Source: Planctomycetota bacterium (GTDB lineage: Bacteria; Planctomycetota; B15-G4). From it: a DNA stretch of 64,000 bases. The notes under the pieces were generated by a model. The model was not told the origin of the DNA. It ran no database searches and saw only the letters and a program-made list of their open reading frames with translations. The position numbers and the translations under genes are program-made. Shown here piece after piece: positions 38,905-49,429 of this stretch. The stretch's first letter is position 1. Each line of letters starts with the position of its first letter. The stretch spans positions 2,848,001 to 2,912,000 of the forward strand of contig CBDFJQ010000002.1 in the NCBI GenBank assembly GCA_965248575.1, written 5' to 3'.

Positions 38905-40434
38905 TCAATCGAGGATCGTCACGGATGTGCTCACGGACATCCGGTCTCCGAAAGCAAAGTCGGAGAGGTCGGCGAGTACGCCCGTAGACCCTGCATCGAT
39001 GACGAGCGGAAGGCCAATGATGCAGACAGGAGCCACGCCGCTGATGGGCAGTTGGTTGGTGCTGGCCCATTGATCGAAGATGGCCGGATAACCCACGGGG
39101 TTCGGCTCGGCGTGCCCCTGAATGGCGGTGTGAAGCATGAGCGACCACTGGCCCGCGGTGACCGCCTGGGGCCAGACAGAACCTGCGATGAGACCGCTGG
39201 TGATGCTGATGGGCAGCCGGGTTCCGGGCGGGCCCACCAGCGCATCCGGGAGCATCGGTGACGCGGGATGCGTGCCCAGCACGCCGCCCCAGTCGATCTG
39301 GTGCCACACAGTGCGCAACCCGGGGACAGTGGGCTCGTTGTCCCAGCTCATGTACCCCAGAGTCGGCACGCCGCCAAAGGGTGAGCCCGCGGGGTTCTGA
39401 GCCGCCAGACCCGTGTTCGGGTTCACCACCCCTCCCAGCCCCGACAGGGACACACCACCGTTGCGCCCCACATCCCAACCTCCGTTGGGGTTGATGGCCG
39501 ATGTCGAGAGCGCGGAGTCATAGGACCCGTTGCCCTGGAAGCCAGCTGGGTTCAGCGCGACGTTCAAGGACGGGGCGGACGTCGTGGAATGCCACACGAG
39601 CTCCGTGCCGCTGAAGAAGGTTGCGAGGGCGGTTCCACCCTGGATGAGGGCGACGGTGTTGGAGGTGTAGGTGTTCAGCTCGTCGTTGGACATGGCCCAG
39701 TACTGGTTGTCGTGAATCGAGTTGGTCTGCCAGAACCACCAGCCATCGATGTGATCCAGGCTGGCGAGAGTCGTGGGAAGCCACGTGAACTCAACATCCC
39801 AACAGAACCCCGTGGAGGAGATGGGCAGGCTCGCAGCGCCGGCGGCAATGATGGTCGTCGAGCTGAAGCTCGAAGTCGGCGGCAGGCCGTCGTTCGGAAG
39901 CAGGAACTTCAGAGTCGTGGGCACACCATCGAGGTCGGGAAACCCGGTGATGAGAAAGCTCGTGGAAGTGCCTGGCGCAAGCCCGTATGGGAGAGCGCCA
40001 GCCGATGTCACGCCGAGGGGCACACCGCCTGGCGAGCAACCAGGTCGCACGAAGACGTTCTGGAGGTTGTTGTTGCCGCCGGCGTACTCAAAGAAGGCGA
40101 TCGCCGGGTAATCCAGCCCGATAGCCGGTGGTGCCCCCAGGACACAGGCCGACGTCCAGAAGGACGTCTGCCGGTATCCGAACTCTCCCAGATTGGTGAG
40201 GTGATTCCCGCGCAGGTCGTTGCCGTCGACCCACGACCCAATGCCGTCCACGCCGCCCGTTTGCCCGGCACCTCCGCCGATGCCCACGTAGGTGACATCC
40301 ATGCCGTTGCTGAGCGTGTGCCAGTTGTGTGCAGCCTGCGCCATCAACTGGGCTGGGTGGCTCGTGAGCAGCAAGCTGAAGGAGACGAGCAAGGCGCGCG
40401 TGACGCGCCCGGAGGACATCGGGGGTGCGATCAT
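38905..40434 (-). CDS. Secreted G/P/S/T-rich hypothetical protein (paralog A)
   Basis: Signal peptide; close paralog at 41240..42765. Confidence 0.75.
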   Translation of the reverse strand: MIAPPMSSGRVTRALLVSFSLLLTSHPAQLMAQAAHNWHTLSNGMDVTYVGIGGGAGQTGGVDGIGSWVDGNDLRGNHLTNLGEFGYRQTSFWTSACVLGAPPAIGLDYPAIAFFEYAGGNNNLQNVFVRPGCSPGGVPLGVTSAGALPYGLAPGTSTSFLITGFPDLDGVPTTLKFLLPNDGLPPTSSFSSTTIIAAGAASLPISSTGFCWDVEFTWLPTTLASLDHIDGWWFWQTNSIHDNQYWAMSNDELNTYTSNTVALIQGGTALATFFSGTELVWHSTTSAPSLNVALNPAGFQGNGSYDSALSTSAINPNGGWDVGRNGGVSLSGLGGVVNPNTGLAAQNPAGSPFGGVPTLGYMSWDNEPTVPGLRTVWHQIDWGGVLGTHPASPMLPDALVGPPGTRLPISITSGLIAGSVWPQAVTAGQWSLMLHTAIQGHAEPNPVGYPAIFDQWASTNQLPISGVAPVCIIGLPLVIDAGSTGVLADLSDFAFGDRMSVSTSVTILD

Positions 40435-40558
40435 GGTGTCTTGCCCGGATCTGGATCTGGTGAGAACTCTAAGTGTGAAGCGTCCTCCGCTCCTGGGCGT
40501 CACCGAGGTTTTCCCGTTTTCTGCGATAAGTGAAGGCCGGTGAACTCGTCCCCACACC

Positions 40559-41170
40559 CTACGAGCCCGATCCGAAAACGTTGCGATAAGTGAGGTTCAG
40601 CCGCTCCCCCACCGGGCGAGCCGTCTTTGTCACCGCGTGACGCCAGTGGCTCTGAGTCTCGCCGGCCATGAGCAGCAGCGAACCGTGGGCCAGCTCGAGG
40701 CGCACGCTCGGCACGTCCTTGCGGACCCGATGCTTGAGCGAGAAGCGACGCACGGCGCCCAAGGACATGGACGCGATGACAGGTTGCGGGCCCAGCTCCC
40801 GCTCGTCGTCCGAATGCCAGCCCATGCTGTCGGCCCCGCTGCGATAGCGATTGACCAGCACGCTGTTGAAGGAGGAACCGGTGTGCTGCTCAAGCCGACT
40901 GCGCAACTCCGCGAGGGCAGGCGTCCAACCGTCTGCGCGATAAGTGTTGCCCGAGTAGGCGTAAGCCACGCCCTTGTCGCCATACCATGCAGATAGCCGC
41001 GGCGACGGGATCCGCTTTCCGGCGATGCGCACGTGGTGCTGCTCCCACTCGATCTGCTCGAACAGAGAGGCGGCCAGCGCATCGGCCTCCTCGAGCGAGA
41101 GGAAACCTGGCTCGTAGACGACGTCGCCGTCCGGGAGATCGAGACGTTGAGAGCGCTGGGCAGTGGGCAC
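40559..41170 (-). CDS. AlkB-like 2OG-Fe(II) dioxygenase
   Basis: PRLSAWYG, NSVLVNRYR, GWHSDDE, HAVTK, RLNLTYR. Confidence 0.92.
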   Translation of the reverse strand: MPTAQRSQRLDLPDGDVVYEPGFLSLEEADALAASLFEQIEWEQHHVRIAGKRIPSPRLSAWYGDKGVAYAYSGNTYRADGWTPALAELRSRLEQHTGSSFNSVLVNRYRSGADSMGWHSDDERELGPQPVIASMSLGAVRRFSLKHRVRKDVPSVRLELAHGSLLLMAGETQSHWRHAVTKTARPVGERLNLTYRNVFGSGS

Positions 41171-41239
41171 GCCCGGCAGTGTAGCAGCGGCCTGGACGGG
41201 CGCGGTGTCACCTGGACAGCACGCTTCCCGCGCAGACGA

Positions 41240-42765
41240 TCAATCCAGAATCGTGACCGACGTGCTCACGGACATGCGGTCCGTGAAATCGAAATCGGAG
41301 TGATCGGAGAGCACTCCCGTGGAGCCCGCGTCAATGACGATGGGAATCCCAAGGGCGCAAACAGGACTCAGGCCGCTGATGGGCAGCATGTTCGTGCTGG
41401 CCCACTGATCAGACGGGGCCGGCTCGCCCAGCGGATTCGGCTCGGCATGCCCCGCGACGGCTGTGTGCAGCATCAATGACCATTGGCCCGCGGTGACTGC
41501 CTGAGGCCAGCCGGGGCTAGGAAAGATCACGCTCGTGATGCTGATGGGCAAGCGCCTTCCGGGCGGACCGGCAAGAGCGTCGGGCACGGCAGCGGAGACA
41601 TTGGGTGCGATGCCAAAGATTCCGGCCCAGTCGATTTGGTGCCAGACGGTTCTCAGGCCGGGCACGGCGGGCTCGTTGTCCCAACTCATGTAGCCAAGCG
41701 CGGGCACACCACCGAAAGGAGAACCCGCTGGATTCTGTGTGCTCAAACCAGTGTTCGGGTTCAGCACCCCACCCAGCCCGGACAACGACACGCCGCCGTT
41801 GCGCCCCACATCCCAACCCCCGTTGGGGTTGATGGGCGAGGTCGAAGCCGCCACGTCATAGGGCCCGTTCCCTTGGAAGCCGGCAGGGTTCAGGGCAACG
41901 TTCAACGAGGGATCGCGGGTCATGGACTGCCAGACATACTCGGTGCTGCTGAAGAACGTCGTCAGTGTGGTGCCCCCTTGAGTCAGGGCGATCGTGTTCG
42001 AGGTGAATGAGTTCAGCTCGTCGTTGGACATGGCCCAGTACTGGTTGTCGTGGATGGAGTTCACCTGCCAGTGCCACCAACCATCGATGTGGTCCTCGCT
42101 CACGACAGCGGTGGGCATCCAGGTGAACTCGACGTCCCAACAGAAGCCCGTGGAAGCGATGGGCAAGCTGGCATTTCCGGCTGCCACAATGGTCGCCGAC
42201 CCACCGATACAGTCTGGGAGCAAACCATTGTTTGGGATGAGCAGCTCCAAGCCGCTTGGAACGGGGGCATCCTGCGGCAGACCGCTCAGGAGGAAGTTCG
42301 CAGAGGCCCCCGGTGAGAAACCGAACGGAAGAGCGCCTCCCGAAGTGATCCCCGCGGGAGCGCCCCCAGGGGTGCAGCCCGGGCGCACGAAGATGTCCTG
42401 GAGGTTGTTGTTCCGGCCCGTGTACTCGATGAACAACATGCCTGGGAACTCAAGCGCGATGGCCGGCGGCGCTCCCAGGACACAAGCAGAAGACCAGAAG
42501 GAGGTCTGCCTGTAGCCGAACTCTCCCAGCAACGTGAGCTGGTTCCCGCGAAGGTCGTTGCCGTCGACCCACGACCCGATGCCATCCACTTCACCCACCT
42601 GTCCTGCGCCGCCGCCGATGCCTGCATAGACGACGTCCATGCCGTTGCTGAGGGTGTGCAATTGCCCGCCGCTTGCGCGTGGGCCTGGGTAGGCACGGTC
42701 ACGAGCGCGAGCAGGATCACTACGGTAGGGAGCCCGGCGCTCCTGAGTCGGTCGAGGCTTCGCAT
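41240..42765 (-). pseudogene. Paralog B of 38905..40434 with a 1-bp frameshift near 42659
   Basis: Signal peptide MRSLDRL...AHAQAAGN is in a different frame from HTLSNGMDV; paralog A reads N-W-H-T. Confidence 0.7.
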
Positions 42766-42868
42766 GGTGTGCACAGGCTCCCAAGGGTTCGATGGAGAAG
42801 AAAGCGTCAGGCAGCGGTCCATGTCACCGGGATTCTCAAGACAACCCGGTCTTGGGCTCCAGCAGCCC

Positions 42869-44161
42869 TCAGCTGCCGTCCCTGACCCGAGCCAGCACGC
42901 CGTTCGCGACAGCCACCCCACTCGCGAAGCAGGCCGTAAGCAGATAGCCCCCGGTGGGCGCCTCCCAGTCGAGCATCTCCCCAGCGCAAAACACGCCCGG
43001 TCGAGCACGCAGCTCGAGCTCTGGCGTCAGCGCCTCCCAACGCACGCCGCCCGCCGTGCTGATGGCTTCATCCAATGGGCGCGGCCCGAGCAGGGTGAGG
43101 GGCAAGGCCTTGAGGGCAGCTGCGAATCGCTCCGTGTCGTCGAACAGATCGCGTGGCAACAGCTCATGGATCAAACCGACCTTCGCGCCCTGGAGCCCGA
43201 GGCGCACCCGCAGATGATGGGCCCATGAACGCGACCCGCGCGGGCGAGCGAGCTCGTCGCGCACCTGTTGCAGTGCACTCCCCGGTAGGAGGTCGAGCTG
43301 CACGACAGCCTTGCCCTTCGCCTCGATCTCGTCGCGGGCCAAAGACGACAATGCGTAAACGAGCCCGCCCTCAAGACCTGTCTCGGTGATCATGCACTCG
43401 CCGACCCGGCGGAAGGTCTCGGCACCCCCGTCGAATGCGAGGCCCACCGGCTTCAGCGGCTGCCCGGCGAAGCGCGTACGGAAGTGATCACTCCAACCCG
43501 GCACCAGCTCGGTGTGCGGCGCGGGCTGGTGCCCCACATCGAAGCCACAGTTGGAGGGTCGCAGCGGCGACGTGTCCACACCCTCTTTGCGCAGCAGCGG
43601 CACCCACGCGCCGTCCGAACCGAGCCGCGCCCAGCTCCCGCCACCGAGGGCAAGCAGCACCGCTCGGCACTCGGCTGTCCGCTGCCCATCGGGCGTGTCG
43701 AAGCCCAGCGTGTGCAACCCCCCTGCCGGCGGACCGAAGCCGATCCAACGATGGCGCATGGCAAAGGCCACGCCCTGTTCTCGCAGACGGGCGAGCCAAG
43801 CGCGCAGCAGTGGCGTCGCCTGCATGCCGGTGGGGAAGACGCGCCCCGAGCTGCCGACGAAGGTCTCGACGCCCAGCCCCTCGGCCCAGGCGCGCAACTC
43901 GTCGGCACCGAAGGCTCGCAGCATGGGTTCGAGGGCCGTCCGCGCCGAGCCATAGCGCCCCAAGAACGCGTCCTGCGATTCGCTGTGGGTGAGGTTCAAC
44001 CCGCCTCTCCCCGCCAGCAGGAACTTCAGCCCCACCGCGCGCTTGGCCTCGAAGAGGGTGACGCTCACGCCCGCAGCCGACAGCAGCTCGGCCGCCATCA
44101 GGCCGGCCGGTCCGCCGCCAACGATGGCGACCTCTTGAGCGCGCGGTGTGTCGTCTGGCAT
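42869..44161 (-). CDS. BaiN/HI0933-family flavoprotein
   Basis: GGGPAGLMAA, KFLLAGRGGLNLTH, GSSGRVFP, AISTAGGV, GEMLDWEAPTGGYLL. Confidence 0.92.
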   Translation of the reverse strand: MPDDTPRAQEVAIVGGGPAGLMAAELLSAAGVSVTLFEAKRAVGLKFLLAGRGGLNLTHSESQDAFLGRYGSARTALEPMLRAFGADELRAWAEGLGVETFVGSSGRVFPTGMQATPLLRAWLARLREQGVAFAMRHRWIGFGPPAGGLHTLGFDTPDGQRTAECRAVLLALGGGSWARLGSDGAWVPLLRKEGVDTSPLRPSNCGFDVGHQPAPHTELVPGWSDHFRTRFAGQPLKPVGLAFDGGAETFRRVGECMITETGLEGGLVYALSSLARDEIEAKGKAVVQLDLLPGSALQQVRDELARPRGSRSWAHHLRVRLGLQGAKVGLIHELLPRDLFDDTERFAAALKALPLTLLGPRPLDEAISTAGGVRWEALTPELELRARPGVFCAGEMLDWEAPTGGYLLTACFASGVAVANGVLARVRDGS

Positions 44162-44269
44162 CTGGATCCATCACACGAGAGCCCCGCTTCCCAAGCAGAG
44201 GGCGCGCGATCATCACATCTTGCTCACGATTTTCCCGCACGCGCGTCGAGCTTCTCGGCGCAGGGGCTC

Positions 44270-44923
44270 TCAGGCGGAGGCGCGCACAGGCCTGCGGCTG
44301 GCCTGGACCCAACCCACCAGCACCAACAGGCCCGAAAGCGCGCCCAGCCCGAGCATCCAGGGCACCAGCACCGGGGGCGCCATGTCGCGCAGCGCGAGCA
44401 ACACCACCAGGACAGCCGCGCAGCCCAGGAGATAGCCAGCCTTCTCGATCGCTGGCAGGGGCGCCCGCGCAGCGGCAACCGGCCGCGACGCCGGTGCAAA
44501 CAGCACGGCCTTCACGCGGTCGTAGTCCCAACACACCAGGAACACACTCGCCAACAGCATGAGCAGCGTGATCCAGCGCGTGCCGCCGAAGCCGATCGAC
44601 CAGGTGACCACGGCGATGTTCATGATGATCGGCAAGAACATCACGGCGCCCAGGGTCGACGTGGCGGGGATCAGTAACAGAATGCCCGCCGCCACTTGCC
44701 CGAGCCCCAGGAAGTTCCAATAGAAACCCGTCTGGTAGATGGCTTCGAAGTAGGCACCCACCGGCGACTCCGGCCCGAGCAAGGTGAAGCGGTTGCCGAG
44801 CAGTTTGACCATGCCGGTGGGGATGAAGGCGGCGGCCAACAGGATGCGCGAGAGGACAGCCAGCCTCTGGCAGACCGGCCACCCGCGGGCCGATGCGTGC
44901 AAGCGATCCAGGTATGACTCCAT
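44270..44923 (-). CDS. DoxX-like membrane protein
   Basis: RILLAAAFIPTGMVK, TGFYWNFLG, several TM helices. Confidence 0.75.
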   Translation of the reverse strand: MESYLDRLHASARGWPVCQRLAVLSRILLAAAFIPTGMVKLLGNRFTLLGPESPVGAYFEAIYQTGFYWNFLGLGQVAAGILLLIPATSTLGAVMFLPIIMNIAVVTWSIGFGGTRWITLLMLLASVFLVCWDYDRVKAVLFAPASRPVAAARAPLPAIEKAGYLLGCAAVLVVLLALRDMAPPVLVPWMLGLGALSGLLVLVGWVQASRRPVRASA

Positions 44924-45014
44924 GGGCTCTCTCCGTGCGGCCAGGCGAGCCCTGAGCAAACGCCCGATCTCCGGGATCGGCAAGTGAAGGAACAACGGCC
45001 TTTGGCCCAGTCCC

Positions 45015-45281
45015 TCAGCCGAAGCGCTTCGCCGAACGGGCCCGGGCCTTGGCTGCCTCCTGCTCGCGGTCCTTCGCGGGCGCGGCCGTCACCAGACTCC
45101 CGAGCAGGTCGTGGACCACGGCTTCGACACGATCGACGGCCAGCTCGAAGGCCTCCTCATTGGCCTGGGACGGCTTGCTCGCCCCGCTGATCTTGCGCAC
45201 GAATTGGACCGAGGCGGCGCGCACCTCATCGGCCGTCGCCGGGGGATCAAAGTTGAAGAGCGTCCGGATGTTGCGGCACAT
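45015..45281 (-). CDS. DUF2277 family protein
   Basis: MCRNIRTLFNFDPPAT...QFVRKISG. Confidence 0.9.
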   Translation of the reverse strand: MCRNIRTLFNFDPPATADEVRAASVQFVRKISGASKPSQANEEAFELAVDRVEAVVHDLLGSLVTAAPAKDREQEAAKARARSAKRFG

Positions 45282-45347
45282 GGGGTCCTCCAGGTCGCGG
45301 GGCGACGTTGGAGGATAACCCCATGGCCGGGGCGTGCTGCCGCTGGT

Positions 45348-46922
45348 TCAGGGTGCGCCCAAGACCTGCACCACGAGTGTCTCCTCGGTCGAGCGCCCGG
45401 TGTACTTGTTGAGGGCCTTGAACGTGAGCGTGGCGAAGCCGGGGTCCGCAGTGACCGGGAGCACGATGAGTCGGCTGAGCTCGAGGAGTTCGGCACCTTG
45501 CAGGCTCTGCTCGAAACCAAAGACCGCCTCCGAACCCCAAGAGGTCGGCACGCCCTCCACAGTCACGGAGATGGGCCGCCATGGGCAGTGCTGCGAGTCT
45601 CCATTGAGCAGGGTCAGGGTGTAGGGCACCGCCTGGCCAGCCACCACCTGCAAGCTGCCCGGTGTCAGGGTGAGCACGGGATCGCCGTACGCACAGGGGA
45701 GAATCGCACCCGGAGTGATGGTGACCTCTGCGAACCCTGGGCCGGAGCCACCCACCTGCACGACACGAGTTGTTGAGATCGTCGTGCCTGTCGAGGGGTC
45801 CACGTACACGGCGGGCACCGGGCCCACCGGCACGAAGGGTGCATCGACGAGGCTGCCGGTGCGAGGTTCCGAATCCACCAGGTACGTCCTACCAAGGCGG
45901 TTGTAGCCCGGACCCAAGCGGATCGTGGTGCCCAGGGCGATGGGCTCGCTGAGCATGAAGTTGTCGAAGACCGAAGGCTGCCGAAACTCGACGTAATAGA
46001 ACTGCTCCCGTCCGAACGGTCCATCCACACGGGGCAGCCGCAGCACCTTGGTGGCGCTGGACGCCAGACCCAAGGGATCCAGGGTGAAGGACTGAGTCCC
46101 CCCGTTGGGGTCGACATGAATCGTGTCGGACTCCTCCAACCAACCCGCCTGGCCGCGCTTCTGCTGGTTGTAGCCCATGCTCCCCCTGAGGCCCATGACG
46201 TCAAAGAGGTCGCCGTACTCCAGGCGACTGCAATCGTCCGTCAACGACGGCCCCTGGCAACACAGGGACGAGGAGTGCGCCAGGCCAAGAGCGTGACCCA
46301 TCTCGTGCGTGGTCGCCCTCAGCGAGAAGTTGCCCATGAAGGCGCCCGGCGGGTCGAGCGTCGGTTCGCCCTTGCTGGGGCAGGGGCCCTTGGTCGAGTA
46401 GGCGATGAGGTCGTAGTTATCGGCACTGAATCCAATGCCCTGGGCCTCCAGTTCCGTCTGCGCCGCCAGTGCCCAAAACTGCCGGTCACAGGGTGTCGTC
46501 GGAAAGTTGATTGGGACAGGGCCGAACACGTCGCCGTCGACGTTCAGATGGCCCGAGATGGAGAACTCCCCGTAGGACATGTCCTGCCAGAAGGCGTTGG
46601 TGGAGTCACTGTTCGTGAAGACCTGTTTCCGGATGGCATTCCTCGCCGGCCCCGGGTCCGTCCCAACCGGGAGGTAGGGCGCCCCAGTCAGGCTGATCAG
46701 GATGACCGCCATCTTCTTGGGCTCTTCCCACTTCGGGGGGCTTCTTGGGGGGTTGCCGTCATCCGGGGGGACGAGCCCTTGGATGTAGAGCTCTGGCACC
46801 GGAGTGCCCAGGGGCGCGACGTCCTGTGCCCCAAGGGCACTGGCGGCAAACGCTGCCATCAGCGCTGCCTGAACGAGAAGCAAGGAGGTTCGTCCGGCGG
46901 GTCGACACACGGCTTTCTGCAT
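45348..46922 (-). CDS. Secreted metzincin metalloprotease (M11/M6-like)
   Basis: Signal peptide, HEMGHALGLAH, EYGDLFDVMG Met-turn, YYVEFRQ. Confidence 0.8.
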   Translation of the reverse strand: MQKAVCRPAGRTSLLLVQAALMAAFAASALGAQDVAPLGTPVPELYIQGLVPPDDGNPPRSPPKWEEPKKMAVILISLTGAPYLPVGTDPGPARNAIRKQVFTNSDSTNAFWQDMSYGEFSISGHLNVDGDVFGPVPINFPTTPCDRQFWALAAQTELEAQGIGFSADNYDLIAYSTKGPCPSKGEPTLDPPGAFMGNFSLRATTHEMGHALGLAHSSSLCCQGPSLTDDCSRLEYGDLFDVMGLRGSMGYNQQKRGQAGWLEESDTIHVDPNGGTQSFTLDPLGLASSATKVLRLPRVDGPFGREQFYYVEFRQPSVFDNFMLSEPIALGTTIRLGPGYNRLGRTYLVDSEPRTGSLVDAPFVPVGPVPAVYVDPSTGTTISTTRVVQVGGSGPGFAEVTITPGAILPCAYGDPVLTLTPGSLQVVAGQAVPYTLTLLNGDSQHCPWRPISVTVEGVPTSWGSEAVFGFEQSLQGAELLELSRLIVLPVTADPGFATLTFKALNKYTGRSTEETLVVQVLGAP

Positions 46923-47410
46923 GGCTTGGGTTCCTTACTGGAGGTGGGGAGACTCCGGGTCACGCATCCCCAGCCCGAGGCCGCGGAGCGTCGCCCTGCC
47001 TTGGGGGTGTCGGTGGAGCAGCTCGGAGTTCAGAGAATTCTGAACACCTCCCGGGAACCCACAGCTCGCCTTCCGCACGGAACCTGTCATCCTCCGCGGC
47101 CCATCGGCGGCCCATCGGCGGGCGCTCGAAGCGTCGCGACAGGCGTACGAGTTGGAAGCCGGTGAAAACGCCTTGAACACCCTGGGCATCACCCGCTATC
47201 GCGGTGGTAGGTGCGCGGTGTCCGCCTGTCTGTGACACGCCTTCGAGTCAGCGGTGTTCACCGATTCACTCAGGAAGGGCAAACGGGCCGGGTGTGTCGC
47301 GCAATGTACTTTGGGCGGAGCACTAGGTAGCCGTGAGAGCGCATGGGTGACCTGCATTGGGCGATGGCCAGTTTGACGTGAGCCACACTGAGCCTGCCCT
47401 ACCTCTCACT

Positions 47411-48271
47411 TCATGGCGCCGCGTACTTCAGGTCCCATCCCTTGGACGCGTAGCTCGAGAAGAATCCGCCGTACAGCAAGCTCTCGGTGAACTCCACCTG
47501 TCCATCGAGATCACTGTCTCTGAAGATGGAGACCGTGTAAGGCTCTACGAATGCCGAGAGAGGCTCCCACTTTCGGCGCGGTTGCGAGTAGATCACGAAT
47601 CCGTGCATCGTATTCATGCCCACCCAAAGCGAGTGATGATCTGCCAACTGCTGCATCACGCTGGACGAGTACAGCAATGAGAGTGACGTCGTCGAGAAGT
47701 CGAACGCCCAAATGGAGCGAGGGCTGTCCCCCGCAAGTATCCAGAGCGTATTCGCGAATGGATTCGTGGCGAGATCGTAGATGGGCCCAAGCGTCGTCGA
47801 TGAGTAGACGACAGTCTTCGCGATGACAGGCAACGTCAGTTCAGAGCTGGGAGGGCCACCGTTTGGGTTCGGGACGGAAGCGATCGAGAAGGGAGTCTGA
47901 AACACCCATTCCTCGATGAGGCACGAACCCGTTCGCTCCGACCAGCCAGCAACATAGAGCGTGTCAGAGAAGCCGGCCTTCTTGCAGACGGCCGTGGGCT
48001 GGTAACTCACGGTCTCGAAGGAGGAGTCGCCGTTCGCGGTGGCACCATTGGCTTTGAAGTACCACTTGAAGTTGATCTCCTTGCTACTGCGGTTCCGGAA
48101 TTTGACATCGACCCAGACATCGTTTCCGCCACTTCCATCCGTGAGGTAGAGCCTGTCCGCGATGGTGTGCCCGAAGTTCGAGTGAAACTCTTCAGGCAAC
48201 GGGACTATGGAAGCAAGTGCCGCAGGAAACGCGCAGGGAAGAGCGAGTAGGCACATCATCAGTTTCATCAT
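47411..48271 (-). CDS. Secreted hypothetical protein (beta-rich)
   Basis: Signal peptide MMKLMMCLLALPCAFPAALA; lower GC; DSDLDG near the C-terminus. Confidence 0.6.
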   Translation of the reverse strand: MMKLMMCLLALPCAFPAALASIVPLPEEFHSNFGHTIADRLYLTDGSGGNDVWVDVKFRNRSSKEINFKWYFKANGATANGDSSFETVSYQPTAVCKKAGFSDTLYVAGWSERTGSCLIEEWVFQTPFSIASVPNPNGGPPSSELTLPVIAKTVVYSSTTLGPIYDLATNPFANTLWILAGDSPRSIWAFDFSTTSLSLLYSSSVMQQLADHHSLWVGMNTMHGFVIYSQPRRKWEPLSAFVEPYTVSIFRDSDLDGQVEFTESLLYGGFFSSYASKGWDLKYAAP

Positions 48272-48282
48272 CGATCTGCCGC

Positions 48283-49032
48283 TCAACAGTTGCATGTCGA
48301 CCCCGGGCAGCCACCCCAATCAGATGGCATGGGCATGAGCCCGCATGTGCCGTTCTTCTTGTCGCACTCGGTAGAATTATCGACACAATCCTTCACGGTT
48401 TCTGAGAACTTCTCCCGCAATTTCTTGACCTTCGCGCTGTTCGGAGGGGCCCCGTCGCCGATGCAATCACACACTGCCTGGCAAACTCCGAGCGCCTCCC
48501 CCGCGAAAGCGTACGCCTCGTCGCATGGACCGAAATCTGCCGTTCCCGAGCTATGACAGCTGGCCAGAGCCGCGTAGTACAAAGGGTCCGTGGCATACAC
48601 GGACCAGAAGTGTTCGGACCACTTGATGTGCGCGAGCTCATGAAGGATCACAGCCAAGGTCTCGACCTGGAAGTGCAGGGACCCTGTGTAGCCTGCCGTG
48701 AGCTCGGAGTTGAGAGCAATCGAGGGAATGATGTCGGCAGAAGTCACCCCTCCCCACCCTTGAAGTTCAGGGCTCTCCAGAGGACTAAACTCCCAAAGAA
48801 CATGCCCATCGAGCGTCGGAGGGGGGCCGAGCTGAACGTCAAATGCGGCCCCGAATGCCGCATTGACTTCAGTGACCATGCTCATCAAATATCCGCCAGT
48901 CGCCTGAGTCATCGGCTGCATATAGTACCCGAGCAACCCGAAGTTTGGAGGCTGAGGTTGAGCCGCGACTGAACTCGAGAGTACGACGAGGCCTATCAAA
49001 GCACCCCACAGCTGCCCACCGACAACTCGCAT
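48283..49032 (-). CDS. Secreted HExxH protein with a Cys-rich C-terminus
   Basis: Signal peptide, ILHELAH...DEAYA, 11 Cys in the C-terminal part; AAGG upstream. Confidence 0.6.
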   Translation of the reverse strand: MRVVGGQLWGALIGLVVLSSSVAAQPQPPNFGLLGYYMQPMTQATGGYLMSMVTEVNAAFGAAFDVQLGPPPTLDGHVLWEFSPLESPELQGWGGVTSADIIPSIALNSELTAGYTGSLHFQVETLAVILHELAHIKWSEHFWSVYATDPLYYAALASCHSSGTADFGPCDEAYAFAGEALGVCQAVCDCIGDGAPPNSAKVKKLREKFSETVKDCVDNSTECDKKNGTCGLMPMPSDWGGCPGSTCNC

Positions 49033-49429
49033 CCTTGCCCCCTTCTGTCGTGCCTGACGCCCCTTGTCCGTGCCGGATCGTACACGTCACTTGTCAGATG
49101 TCAATGCCAGCGGCCACCACAGCCCCCAGTCTCATGCTCACATTGAACTCAACTTGAACTCAATCAGCGGAGCGCGAGAGGGCTAATCATTCGCCAGCCG
49201 GCTCGTGCTCCTCGCGCCGCATGGGAGACCCTCTCGACTTGCCGCATATCAGATGAGCCAGCATCGGTCCAAGCCAACCAAACTCATGAATGTGAAACTC
49301 GCTGTCGCTGTTTAAGCGCGACTGGTACGAGCCATGCAACACCACGAGCTCTCTAGTTTCCAACAACTCGGATATTCGCGCTCAGGTATTCGCGCTCAGG
49401 CGGATACGCCTTTACAGACGACTGAGCAT

